Below the pieces are notes generated by a model that did not search any database, was not told where the DNA came from, and saw only the letters and a program-made list of their open reading frames with translations. This document shows positions 1 to 8,724 of a stretch of DNA of 64,000 nt, one piece after another. The stretch's first letter is position 1, and each line of letters begins with the position of its first letter. Location: contig CANLII010000006.1 in the NCBI GenBank assembly GCA_947491315.1, forward strand, positions 27,301 to 91,300. The letters are read 5' to 3'. Made by a program: the position numbers and the translations under genes. This DNA is from Ignavibacteria bacterium. Lineage in GTDB: Bacteria; Bacteroidota; Ignavibacteria; Kapaibacteriales; UBA961.

Positions 1-853
1 CTTCATGATATATCTCCCTTATAAAAAGATAACAAGCATTCTGAAATATCTATGTCTTTCATTACTCGTCTATTGCATCGTTCCCTTCTATTATGATGGA
101 ATATCTCTTTCTCATATCATCTCATCTTCATTGATTCCGGAAATTCATTTCACCAAAGAATATCTCATGATTCTTGTTGGTATTCTGGGCACTACCATTT
201 CACCCTATCTCTTTTTCTGGCAAGCATCAATGGAAGTGGAAGAAAAAGAGCATAAGAATATCATCTTGGTAAATAAAACCGATATCAAATCCATGGAATC
301 TAGTATAGATGTAGGAATGATATTCTCCGGCATCATCATGTATTGCATCATTCTTACAGCAGGTCTCGTACTTTTTCCAAATGGCATTCATGAAATCAAT
401 ACGGTGGAAGATGCCGCCGTGGCTTTATATCCTCTTCTAGGAAATTCTGCAACGATATTATTCAGTCTTGGCGTGATTGGCACTGGACTGATCGCAATTC
501 CCGTTTTAAGTGGTTCGCTCAGTTATATGTTCACCGAAATTCTTAATCTTCCCAAAGGATTGGATAGAACATTTAAGCAAGCCAAAGGTTTTTATAGCAT
601 CATGGCATTTTCGCTGATATTGGGATTATCACTGCATCTGTTTGGCATCAGTCCGATTGATGCATTGATTGCAACCGCTATTCTCTATGGGATAACAGCA
701 CCAATTTTAATCGGCGTTATTCTCCACATTGCGAACAATAAGGAAATCATGGGGGAATTTGTCAATTCGAAATGGATGAATATCGGAGGAATATTCACAC
801 TTCTCTTGATGTCGGCAGCTGCAATTACATTGGTTCTATTATACATGTTCTAA
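1..853 (+). CDS. mntH: Nramp-family divalent metal (Mn2+/Fe2+) transporter, C-terminal part; 5' end lies outside the window
   Basis: Polytopic hydrophobic ORF running off the left edge. The segment LYPLLGNSATILFSLGVIGTGLIAIPV aligns in shape with MntH LEPLLG..FGLSLVAAGLSSTV. TISPYLFFWQAS aligns with the MPHxLYLHS region. Confidence 0.65.
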   Translation, partial: FMIYLPYKKITSILKYLCLSLLVYCIVPFYYDGISLSHIISSSLIPEIHFTKEYLMILVGILGTTISPYLFFWQASMEVEEKEHKNIILVNKTDIKSMESSIDVGMIFSGIIMYCIILTAGLVLFPNGIHEINTVEDAAVALYPLLGNSATILFSLGVIGTGLIAIPVLSGSLSYMFTEILNLPKGLDRTFKQAKGFYSIMAFSLILGLSLHLFGISPIDALIATAILYGITAPILIGVILHIANNKEIMGEFVNSKWMNIGGIFTLLLMSAAAITLVLLYMF

Positions 854-942
854 ATTCTTCTATGTTTCCAATTCATAGTATTCAGAATATTTATTTAACA
901 TACTCTTCATACTCACTTTACATTCTCATAATATCCCACCGA

Positions 943-950
943 TAACTTTG
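943..950 (+). promoter_or_regulatory. Candidate Bacteroidetes-type -7 promoter element TAACTTTG (TAnnTTTG), about 35 nt upstream of the receptor ATG
   Basis: Exact TAnnTTTG match in the 132-nt intergenic region, with a TTTA roughly 22 nt upstream. Position fits a sigma-A(Bacteroidetes)-type promoter. Confidence 0.3.
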
Positions 951-984
951 CATCGTATTTCCTTCACTATACTTAGGATTAACG

Positions 985-3801
985 ATGCACAATCCGTACA
1001 GCATTCGACTCCTCTTTTCTCTCCTTTTCATTCCCTTTTCCATCATGACTACATTAGCCGGAAATGTATCCGGAATCGTACTCGATGAAAAAGGATTTTT
1101 ACCTTTACCAGGTGCCGGAGTTCAAATAAAGGAATTATCACGAGGAAAAATATGTGATAGTCGGGGTCAATTCTTTATTTCAAATGTTAAATCAGGGTCT
1201 TATACTCTGACAGTAACATCCATTGGATTTAAGAAATATTCTCAAAAAATTGAGGTTCCTGAAAATGGAACTGTTTCTGTGAAAGTACTCATGCAGGGAG
1301 CAACATCTGTCACAAATGATGTATTAGTCATGGGTGATGGACTCAAAGGACAAGCAAGAGCATTGAATCAACAAAAAGAAGGCATTTCAATAGCAAATAT
1401 CATTTCTTCGGATCAAGTTGGTCGTTTTCCCGATGCAAATGTCGGCGATGCTTTGAAGCGGGTACAAGGAATCACCGTTCAATATGATCAAGGTGAAGCA
1501 AGATTCGGACTTATCAGAGGTACCGCCGCTCGTTTGAACAGTGTGACAATCAATGGAGATCGCATTCCATCAGCAGAAGCGGAAAATCGTGAAGTGCAAT
1601 TGGATTTGATTCCTTCAGACATGATTCAAACAATTGAAGTAACCAAAGCGCTCACTGCCGATATGGATGCCGATGCAATTGGTGGTTCAATCAATTTGAT
1701 CACAAGAGGTGCTCCAGAAACAAGACGCTTATCACTCACCGGTGCAGGTGGTTACAATTTCCTCAGTGATAAACCAATTCTGACAGGAGCCGGTATTTAC
1801 GGTGAACGATTCATGGATAATAAGCTCGGACTTGTACTTTCAGGAAGCATCAATAATCATAAATTGGCTTCTGATAATGTCGAAGCCGAGTGGTCTGAAG
1901 ATGCCAATGGCAAAGCTTATGTTTCAGATCTTCAAGTGCGCAGATATGATGTTGAAAGAACAAGAAGAAGCATCTCGCTTGGTTTAGATTATAAATTCGA
2001 TGAAAAGAATCAAGTATTCTTCAATACCATCTACAATTGGAGAGATGACTGGGAAAATCGTTATCGCGTGAATTATCGCTATCCATCAGCACCAGATTCC
2101 AATGGTATTGTTTCAGGCGCAGAGGTGAGAAGAGAAACAAAAGGTGGTATCGGAAATGATCGCGTGGACAATAGAAGACTCGAAGATCAAAGAACTTTCA
2201 ATATTTCAATGTCGGGACAACATGTTCTTGGCGCAGTGAAAGCAAATTGGCAAGCCAATTATGCAAAAGCTTCGGAAGAGCGTCCGAATGAGCGTTATGT
2301 GTCATTCAGAACCAGAAAACAAAAACTCACGCAAGACATCAGTGATCCCGTTCAACCACAAGGAGGATTCGTTGCCGGTGAAACAGGCAATGATTTGAAT
2401 ACTTGGACATTGCGTCAGTTGACAGAACAATATGGCTATACAGAAGATGTGGATCTTAATGCCAAATTGGACTTGGAAACAACATTGAATCAAGGTGCTT
2501 ATGAATCCATTCTGAAAGGTGGTATTCGTTATCGCGGAAAAGAAAAGATGCGCGATAATAGTTTTAGCTTTTATACACCGAATAATACAAATGTGTTCAA
2601 TCCAAGTTCATTCGGTTCTATCCCTTTGATTGATATGGACAGAGGAAAAGCAAATCTTGCCGGTGATTATTCTTATGGTTCTTTTGCCCCATCATCATTC
2701 TTGGGTGCAATCAATATGAGTGATACTTCAAACTTCAAAGTAAGTGATGGAATAGCTGAATATGTGCCGGGTAATTTCAATGCAACAGAAACAATCAATG
2801 CCGGTTATCTTATGCTTACTCAACAAATGAGTGGAGGATATCTTCATTCAGATGATAAGTTGATGATTGTTGCGGGTGCAAGAGTCGAACACACTTCAGT
2901 TGAATACACCGGAAATTCATTCGATGCCGATGCTGAAACATATTTGGCAAAAACAGGCACAAATTCCTATTTGAATATTTTACCATCACTGCATGTGCGT
3001 TATGAGTATAATCCTGCATTGATCGTTCGTATGGCATATACGAATACCATCGCAAGACCAAATTATTATAATCTTGTGCCCTATCAATTATTCAGTCAGG
3101 ATGATGATGAAATCGCGCTCGGTAATCCAGATTTGAAGGCAACTACTTCATCCAATTTCGACTTGATGGCTGAATATTACTTTGAATCAGTCGGTATATT
3201 CTCAGGTGGTATCTTCCACAAGAATATTCAAAACTTCATTTATGATTATATCCTCCGTGGAGCAAATGTTCCATTGATCAATGGCGTGCAATATGCTCGG
3301 TATACTCAACCTCGTAATGGAGCCGAAGCAACAATTACTGGAATGGAATTCGGATTTCAAAGACAACTCGATTTCTTGCCGGGAATTCTTGGAAATACAA
3401 GTTTATACTTGAATTATACAAATACAGGTTCAAATGTACCAAGTGTTCCAACAGATGATACGGATCGCATAAATGCTTCCCTACCCGGAACAGCACAGCA
3501 TATGTTTAATACATCACTTTCCTATGAAGATAGTAAACTGTCAGCCAGAATATCTGTTAATTATACAAGTGCATATATCGATAGTTATGGAGTGAGCGAA
3601 TTCTATGACAGATACTATGACACTCAAACATTTGTGGATTTCAATGCAGCTTATAAATTCACACCTGAACTTCGTATGTTCGCAGAACTCAATAATATCA
3701 CCAATCAACCATTGAGATATTATCAAGGCATCAGCGAAAGAACAATGCAATCTGAATTCTATAATATGCGCTTGAATGTTGGTTTGAAATGGGATTTATG
3801 A
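985..3801 (+). CDS. TonB-dependent outer membrane receptor with N-terminal carboxypeptidase-regulatory-like domain
   Basis: 938 aa. Signal peptide, then a CarbopepD_reg-like stretch (GNVSGIVLDEKG..GAGVQIKE..SGSYTLTVTSIGFK). Plug-like region (ISSDQVGRFPDANVGDALKRVQGI). Long beta-barrel ending NVGLKWDL (C-terminal aromatic/hydrophobic). Terminator follows. Confidence 0.9.
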   Translation: MHNPYSIRLLFSLLFIPFSIMTTLAGNVSGIVLDEKGFLPLPGAGVQIKELSRGKICDSRGQFFISNVKSGSYTLTVTSIGFKKYSQKIEVPENGTVSVKVLMQGATSVTNDVLVMGDGLKGQARALNQQKEGISIANIISSDQVGRFPDANVGDALKRVQGITVQYDQGEARFGLIRGTAARLNSVTINGDRIPSAEAENREVQLDLIPSDMIQTIEVTKALTADMDADAIGGSINLITRGAPETRRLSLTGAGGYNFLSDKPILTGAGIYGERFMDNKLGLVLSGSINNHKLASDNVEAEWSEDANGKAYVSDLQVRRYDVERTRRSISLGLDYKFDEKNQVFFNTIYNWRDDWENRYRVNYRYPSAPDSNGIVSGAEVRRETKGGIGNDRVDNRRLEDQRTFNISMSGQHVLGAVKANWQANYAKASEERPNERYVSFRTRKQKLTQDISDPVQPQGGFVAGETGNDLNTWTLRQLTEQYGYTEDVDLNAKLDLETTLNQGAYESILKGGIRYRGKEKMRDNSFSFYTPNNTNVFNPSSFGSIPLIDMDRGKANLAGDYSYGSFAPSSFLGAINMSDTSNFKVSDGIAEYVPGNFNATETINAGYLMLTQQMSGGYLHSDDKLMIVAGARVEHTSVEYTGNSFDADAETYLAKTGTNSYLNILPSLHVRYEYNPALIVRMAYTNTIARPNYYNLVPYQLFSQDDDEIALGNPDLKATTSSNFDLMAEYYFESVGIFSGGIFHKNIQNFIYDYILRGANVPLINGVQYARYTQPRNGAEATITGMEFGFQRQLDFLPGILGNTSLYLNYTNTGSNVPSVPTDDTDRINASLPGTAQHMFNTSLSYEDSKLSARISVNYTSAYIDSYGVSEFYDRYYDTQTFVDFNAAYKFTPELRMFAELNNITNQPLRYYQGISERTMQSEFYNMRLNVGLKWDL

Positions 3802-3824
3802 TATAAATCACATGGAACTTGAAC

Positions 3825-3850
3825 GGGGGCATTCACTGCCCCCTTTTTTT
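3825..3850 (+). terminator. Rho-independent terminator (GGGGGCA-TTCAC-TGCCCCC + T7)
   Basis: Perfect 7-bp GC-rich stem with a 5-nt loop followed by TTTTTTT, immediately after the receptor stop codon. Confidence 0.85.
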
Positions 3851-3870
3851 ATCATACTTATATCTATATC

Positions 3871-4797
3871 ATGAAAAAGTTTCTGCTTGTAATCCTCTTC
3901 ATTTGTAATAATACTGTATACTCTGATATTCCGGGAATCATCATCCCAAAAGATGCATTACATTTTTTTGTGATTGGTGACTGGGGAAGAAATGGTGAAT
4001 ATGGTCAGAAAGAAATTGCAAAAGTAATGGCAGATGCCGCAGAACAAGTAGAGCCGAAATTCATCATAAGCACGGGTGATAATTTCTATCCAAGTGGCGT
4101 GAAAAGCGTCATGGATCCACATTGGAAGGCTTCATTCGAAGACATTTATCCTCAACATTCACTCCAAGGTGATTGGTATATTGTTTTAGGGAATCATGAT
4201 TATAAAGGAAATCCTGATGCTCAAATTGAATATTCCACCATCAGCAGAAGATGGAATCTGCCTGCAAGATACTATTCAAAGACATTTGGCATAAGCAAAT
4301 CACAGTCGGCACAATTTCTTTTCATGGACATGAATCCATTTGTTGAAGCATATCACAAAGAAAATGAAACATATCATGTGAAGGACATTGATACGGCAGG
4401 ACAAAGAAGATGGATGGATTCTTTACTTTCACAAACACCAAAAAATGATTGGAAATTCGTGATTGGACATCATTCCATTTATAGCTTGGGTAAAAGAAAA
4501 CCGGGCATGAATGATCTCATGAATAAATTTGATGCAACATTCAAAGCACAAGGAGTGCATGCATATATCTGCGGTCATGAGCATGATTTGCAGATCATAC
4601 ATCCCGAAAATAAATCAACTGTACATTTTATTTCAGGTGCAGGAAGCGAAATTCGTGATGCAGGAAAAGCAAAAGGACAAGACTTCTATCATGGAAAACA
4701 GGGTTTTATGATATTTTCTGTCATGGAAAATGAAACTCTTGTACAAGTGATCGATATCACCGGTAAAGTCATTACATCGTATTCCTTGAAGAAGTAA
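3871..4797 (+). CDS. Secreted metallophosphoesterase, purple/tartrate-resistant acid phosphatase (Acp5)-like
   Basis: Signal peptide. Calcineurin-like phosphoesterase motifs GDWG, GDNFY, GNHDY, GHHS and GHEHD in canonical order. 308 aa. Confidence 0.85.
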   Translation: MKKFLLVILFICNNTVYSDIPGIIIPKDALHFFVIGDWGRNGEYGQKEIAKVMADAAEQVEPKFIISTGDNFYPSGVKSVMDPHWKASFEDIYPQHSLQGDWYIVLGNHDYKGNPDAQIEYSTISRRWNLPARYYSKTFGISKSQSAQFLFMDMNPFVEAYHKENETYHVKDIDTAGQRRWMDSLLSQTPKNDWKFVIGHHSIYSLGKRKPGMNDLMNKFDATFKAQGVHAYICGHEHDLQIIHPENKSTVHFISGAGSEIRDAGKAKGQDFYHGKQGFMIFSVMENETLVQVIDITGKVITSYSLKK

Positions 4798-4800
4798 TAA

Positions 4801-5712
4801 TCAAAACTTCACGACAAAATCCACATAGGGTATACCAATAGGAAATACTTCAAAGAACTCTTCATTATTTATGAGTGCAAGATCAACGGATATGCTTTCT
4901 CCAAAGAAACGAATTCCATAAGAAAGAATCCCGCGATATACATCAGCGGGGAAAAACCAATTTTCCGTTACAAGGGATATTTTTCGAGAAAGTCTTGTCA
5001 TCCCACTCAATGTTATGACAGGATCGCTGCTGAAATTTCCATCAAAGAATCCAAAACCTAATCCCAATGTGGCATTGTGTTCGGGATTGCCATAGGTCAC
5101 CAAACCATATCCAACACCAAATCCACCAATATACGATGTGAGATTACCGTATAATACTCCAACACCGACTCTCACATGTTCTGATATCTGAGTACTGTAT
5201 TTTGGTGTCACAAAGAAAATGGGATTGAAATCACTTTCACCAAAGAAAGCAAAGGTTGAAAAGAACTCGAAACCAATTCCCATGGAAAAATTATCGGTTA
5301 TTCCATAATTAAAGGTATTGATGAAGAGATATGTATTCTGATAATATCCTTCCCCTTTTTTGAGATTGAATGCCGATGGGGCATACAGATATCGTGTTTC
5401 ATTTGGATTGGGGAACCAATATTCACCATTGTGAATCTGGGACTTTGGTATCGCCCTTATGTCCTGAATATTGACCAATAATATTTGAATTTTGGTATTT
5501 GCATCGGTTAATATGGTTATTTCCCTATCACTTCTTTCAATGATCGTGCCCACATAAGTGGTTCCGGATTCTCCCTTCATTTTAATCAAGGCTAACTCAC
5601 TCGGTCCGGGAATGCTGAATTGCTGATTATCAACTTGAGCAAAGACATCAACTGTTGATATTGCTAGCAAAGCACATAATACAAGGAAAGTAACAATACG
5701 CATGTTATTCAT
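4801..5712 (-). CDS. Hypothetical secreted protein, probable outer-membrane beta-barrel
   Basis: Signal peptide MNNMRIVTFLVLCALLAISTVDVFAQ (start chosen at the internal Met). Gly/aromatic-rich alternating segments (GVGVLYGNLTSYIGGFGVGYGLVTYG). C-terminal ..VDFVVKF with terminal Phe. Confidence 0.5.
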   Translation of the reverse strand: MNNMRIVTFLVLCALLAISTVDVFAQVDNQQFSIPGPSELALIKMKGESGTTYVGTIIERSDREITILTDANTKIQILLVNIQDIRAIPKSQIHNGEYWFPNPNETRYLYAPSAFNLKKGEGYYQNTYLFINTFNYGITDNFSMGIGFEFFSTFAFFGESDFNPIFFVTPKYSTQISEHVRVGVGVLYGNLTSYIGGFGVGYGLVTYGNPEHNATLGLGFGFFDGNFSSDPVITLSGMTRLSRKISLVTENWFFPADVYRGILSYGIRFFGESISVDLALINNEEFFEVFPIGIPYVDFVVKF

Positions 5713-5795
5713 ATACTTCTGGTAGAAATTGAGAGAAATCACCCACGAATATCGGTAAATCATAGCTATTCAGATAATAAATCTTGATTTGGCAA

Positions 5796-5803
5796 TATAT
5801 TTG
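5796..5803 (+). promoter_or_regulatory. Candidate -7 promoter element TATATTTG (TAnnTTTG) upstream of the first LCP gene
   Basis: Exact TAnnTTTG match. Its position argues the LCP1 start codon is 5816 or 5846 rather than the ORF-track start at 5789. Confidence 0.3.
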
Positions 5804-5845
5804 CTTACGGTTACAATGATATATTTTCTTAATCCTAGGGTTACT

Positions 5846-7093
5846 ATGGGTATGTATTATAGGGTATTCACACTAATATTCAATATTCTCTTTATTGTAA
5901 GTTGCTCACAGGAACCGAAAAATAGCGGACCTGAGAATATTCAATTTCAAGGTGCAAAGTCAGAGAACAAGACAGAAAACAAGTCTGACACAGTAGTAAT
6001 TTCGAAAGACACAATAGCTATTCAAAAGATTGACTCTGTCAAAAAGGACAGTATTGCAAAAATCTTGACCGATTCAACGATACTAGGGATCCGCAAGGAA
6101 TTCCCCATGCCTTCTGGTCGCGTAGTGAATGTGCTGATAACAGGCATTGATTCCAGACTTGGTCAAAAATCAGCTCGCGCAGATGCAAATCATATCGTTC
6201 GATTCTTCTTGGATTCCGGTTGCATTGAACTCATCTCTATCCCTCGTGGTACATTTGCAATGATTCGCAAAGGTGATACATCTGGTGGGAATATCATAGC
6301 CAATGTTCGATCGATTTTTGGACAAGAACGCTATATCCGAGAAATCACAAAAATCGCAAAAGTGAAATCCATTGATTATTATATCGAATTTGGATTTTCT
6401 CAAGCAATGGGAATTATCGAATTGCTGGGTTATAAAGACAATGCAGCTTCGACTCTTCGTGTACTGCGTTCTAGAAAAGCTTTTACGACAGGCGATCATC
6501 AAAGATCATATAATCAAGGACAATTCATCAGACAAGCAATTCTCAAGGTATTCGATCAGACTGATGATTTGGTTGGGAAAGTCGGCATAAGAGCCGCTCT
6601 TGCTTTGGCTAATACGAATCTTTCCTATGATGCTACCAATTATTTACTCAGTGAAATAAGAAAGCATGGATTCAGCTCGATGGGTCATGAAAGAATCTGG
6701 GTGCGCATGAAACCCAATTACCTTTCTCAAATGAAACACTTGAATTTCGACTCAGCAAATGTTGAGCAATTGGAATCTGGCATCGAGAAAAAGGTCAAAG
6801 GGATGCTCGAGGGTGATCGTAAAACTCCTGAAGGATATGCAAAGAAATTACAAAATCTTGTCAAAAAAGCCGCAGCGGATTCAGCCAAAAACCCTGCTCG
6901 TGTCATCAATGCACTTGCCTTCCCTTTTCAGCAAAAAGCATGGATGCAAGTAAAGGATAAACAAGAACGAGTACAATTGCGGAATCGGATTTGTACTTTG
7001 CTCATTGATGCATTTAACAGAACAAATAAAACCATTGATGCAAAAACAGTACAAGATTACGTGCAACTTGAACAAGAAGCATATCAACATTGA
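5846..7093 (+). CDS. LytR-CpsA-Psr (LCP) family lipoprotein, paralog 1
   Basis: Lipoprotein-like signal ..ILFIVSC. LCP core: VLITGIDSRLG..ARADANHIVRF..ELISIPRGT..IDYYIEFGFSQAMGIIELLGY..RVLRSRK..GDHQRSYNQGQFIRQAIL. This matches the LCP pattern LLxGxDSR..R.D..ISIPRDT..IDYYV.V.F.GF..VDALGG..R.R....GD..R..RQQ. Start may alternatively be 5816. Confidence 0.75.
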   Translation: MGMYYRVFTLIFNILFIVSCSQEPKNSGPENIQFQGAKSENKTENKSDTVVISKDTIAIQKIDSVKKDSIAKILTDSTILGIRKEFPMPSGRVVNVLITGIDSRLGQKSARADANHIVRFFLDSGCIELISIPRGTFAMIRKGDTSGGNIIANVRSIFGQERYIREITKIAKVKSIDYYIEFGFSQAMGIIELLGYKDNAASTLRVLRSRKAFTTGDHQRSYNQGQFIRQAILKVFDQTDDLVGKVGIRAALALANTNLSYDATNYLLSEIRKHGFSSMGHERIWVRMKPNYLSQMKHLNFDSANVEQLESGIEKKVKGMLEGDRKTPEGYAKKLQNLVKKAAADSAKNPARVINALAFPFQQKAWMQVKDKQERVQLRNRICTLLIDAFNRTNKTIDAKTVQDYVQLEQEAYQH

Positions 7094-7115
7094 TTTTTAT
7101 TCAACACCGATACAT

Positions 7116-8354
7116 ATGATGAAACAGTTTATTCTACAATCATGCATCATTGCATTCACGGGACTTATACTAATCTCTTGCGGAGAAAATCAACCGGTAC
7201 AGGAACCTCCAAAAACAGATGAAACAAATACAGTGCAATCTGTCCAAAAACAGAATATGCAGATTGGTGATCTTGAACAAGAAGAACCTATACAAGAAAA
7301 ACAGTATCAGCCAATTATTGGTGATACGACTGTTGACATAGACGACATTGAATATCCAATGCCTTCGGGCAGAGTCATTAGCGTTCTTATCACGGGCATT
7401 GATTCCAGATTGGGCGAGAAAACCGCTCGCGCGGATGCCAATCATCTTGTAAGATTTTTCTTGGATTCAGGTTGTGTGGAAGTCATATCCGTGCCACGCA
7501 GTACATATGCAGATGCAAAATTCACTGATCCGCGTGGTCAATTGATTGGCAATGTTCGCCTCACCCTTGGCCGTGATCGCTATATGAAAGAAATCAGAAG
7601 AGTTACTGAAGTCAAAAAGATTGATTTCTTTGTTGAATTCGGCTTTTCACAAGCGATGGGCATCATTGAAATCATGGGATATAAAGAGAATGCATCCAGC
7701 GCTTTGCGTGTGATCAGGTCTCGCAAGGTATATGCGGCAGGTGACAAACAGCGATCATATAATCAAGGTCAATTCATCAGACAAGCCATCCTACGATCAT
7801 TTGACCACACAGATGATTTGATGGGTCAATTAGGAATAAGAGCAGCACTTGTACTCTCCACGACAAATCTCTCTTATGATGCCGCATCCTATATTCTTGA
7901 TGAATTGAGAGCAAATGGATTCAATTCCAATACTCCTGATCGCATTTGGGTAAAAATGATGCCCAAGTCTAGTTATAAACTAAAAGTCTTTGATTATGAC
8001 TCTTCAAATATTGCAAATATTGAAACTTCAATTGAATCGAAAGTCAAGAATATCGTTGGTAAGAATGACCGTAAAAACCCTGAGTATTATGCCAATATCA
8101 TGCGATCCATTTTGGCAAAAGTTGAGAAGGACTCCAATAAACCTGAACGCGTGATTGATTCACTTGCTCATCCTTTCAGACAAAGATCATGGATACAAAT
8201 TCAAAATGTGAATGAACGCATCGCACTTCGTGATAAGCTATGTTATATGCTTGTCAATGCTTACAATAAAAAAGGCAAAACAGCAGAAGCATTTGAAATT
8301 GTGAAGTATATCGAAGAAGAGGACGCATTTAGGAAAAGTGGGACGATGAAGTGA
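7116..8354 (+). CDS. LytR-CpsA-Psr (LCP) family lipoprotein, paralog 2 (tandem duplicate)
   Basis: Signal peptide plus lipobox MMKQFILQSCIIAFTGLILISC. Same LCP core as paralog 1, roughly 55-60% identical across the conserved block by eye (not computed). Start taken at the internal ATG at 7116 because the ORF-track start overlaps paralog 1. Confidence 0.75.
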   Translation: MMKQFILQSCIIAFTGLILISCGENQPVQEPPKTDETNTVQSVQKQNMQIGDLEQEEPIQEKQYQPIIGDTTVDIDDIEYPMPSGRVISVLITGIDSRLGEKTARADANHLVRFFLDSGCVEVISVPRSTYADAKFTDPRGQLIGNVRLTLGRDRYMKEIRRVTEVKKIDFFVEFGFSQAMGIIEIMGYKENASSALRVIRSRKVYAAGDKQRSYNQGQFIRQAILRSFDHTDDLMGQLGIRAALVLSTTNLSYDAASYILDELRANGFNSNTPDRIWVKMMPKSSYKLKVFDYDSSNIANIETSIESKVKNIVGKNDRKNPEYYANIMRSILAKVEKDSNKPERVIDSLAHPFRQRSWIQIQNVNERIALRDKLCYMLVNAYNKKGKTAEAFEIVKYIEEEDAFRKSGTMK

Positions 8355-8366
8355 GGGCAGGATGGG

Positions 8367-8452
8367 CACGATTACCACGATTACCACGATTACCACGATT
8401 GACACGATTTCAGGATTACCAGGATTTTAAGATTTCAGGATTTTAAGATTTT
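8367..8452. repeat. Degenerate tandem repeat array: cacgattac x3.5, then cacgatt/caggatt units, then tcaggattttaagatt x2
   Basis: Direct reading shows about 9 heptamer cores (CACGATT / CAGGATT) with short variable spacers, lying 13 nt after the LCP2 stop and before an AT-rich stretch. Confidence 0.8.
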
Positions 8453-8530
8453 TTATTAAAATGTTCACTCTTTCTTTTTATGTGAAAGATCTTTTATTGA
8501 AAATATAATGAGCTTAACTTTGGTGAAACA

Positions 8531-8571
8531 AAAAAAACTATTCTACGCTTTTGCATAGAATAGTTTTTTTT
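8531..8571 (-). terminator. Hairpin terminator (A8-CTATTCTA-loop-TAGAATAG-T9) downstream of tRNA-Ser(GCT) on the minus strand; potentially bidirectional
   Basis: Perfect 8-bp stem with a 10-nt loop, flanked by an A-run on one side and a T-run on the other. Confidence 0.6.
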
Positions 8572-8573
8572 TG

Positions 8574-8664
8574 CGGAGGGAGAGGGATTCGAACCCTCGG
8601 TAGCGTCCTAAAACACTACAGCGGTTTAGCAAACCGGCGCCTTCAGCCACTCGGCCATCCCTCC
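8574..8664 (-). tRNA. tRNA-Ser (anticodon GCU), type II with long variable arm
   Basis: Reverse complement folds with acceptor GGAGGGA/TCCCTCC, T-arm GAGGG-TTCGAAT-CCCTC, anticodon loop UUGCUAA (GCU) and a roughly 21-nt variable arm. CCA is not encoded. Confidence 0.85.
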
Positions 8665-8724
8665 GTTTTTGGGAAAGCAAAGATAAAGAGTTACACTTTA
8701 CATCCCAAATTGTTTTTCATCTAT

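Noticed and set aside
7005-7115. Possible frameshifted fusion or pseudogene at the LCP1/LCP2 junction (ORFs overlap by 89 nt)
   Set aside because: Each paralog has its own signal peptide plus lipobox and a complete conserved domain. An in-frame ATG at 7116 gives a clean 22-nt spacer. This is a tandem duplication, not a frameshift.
8367-8452. CRISPR array
   Set aside because: The repeats are 7-9 nt and contiguous or degenerate, with no 25-50 nt unique spacers and no cas genes nearby.
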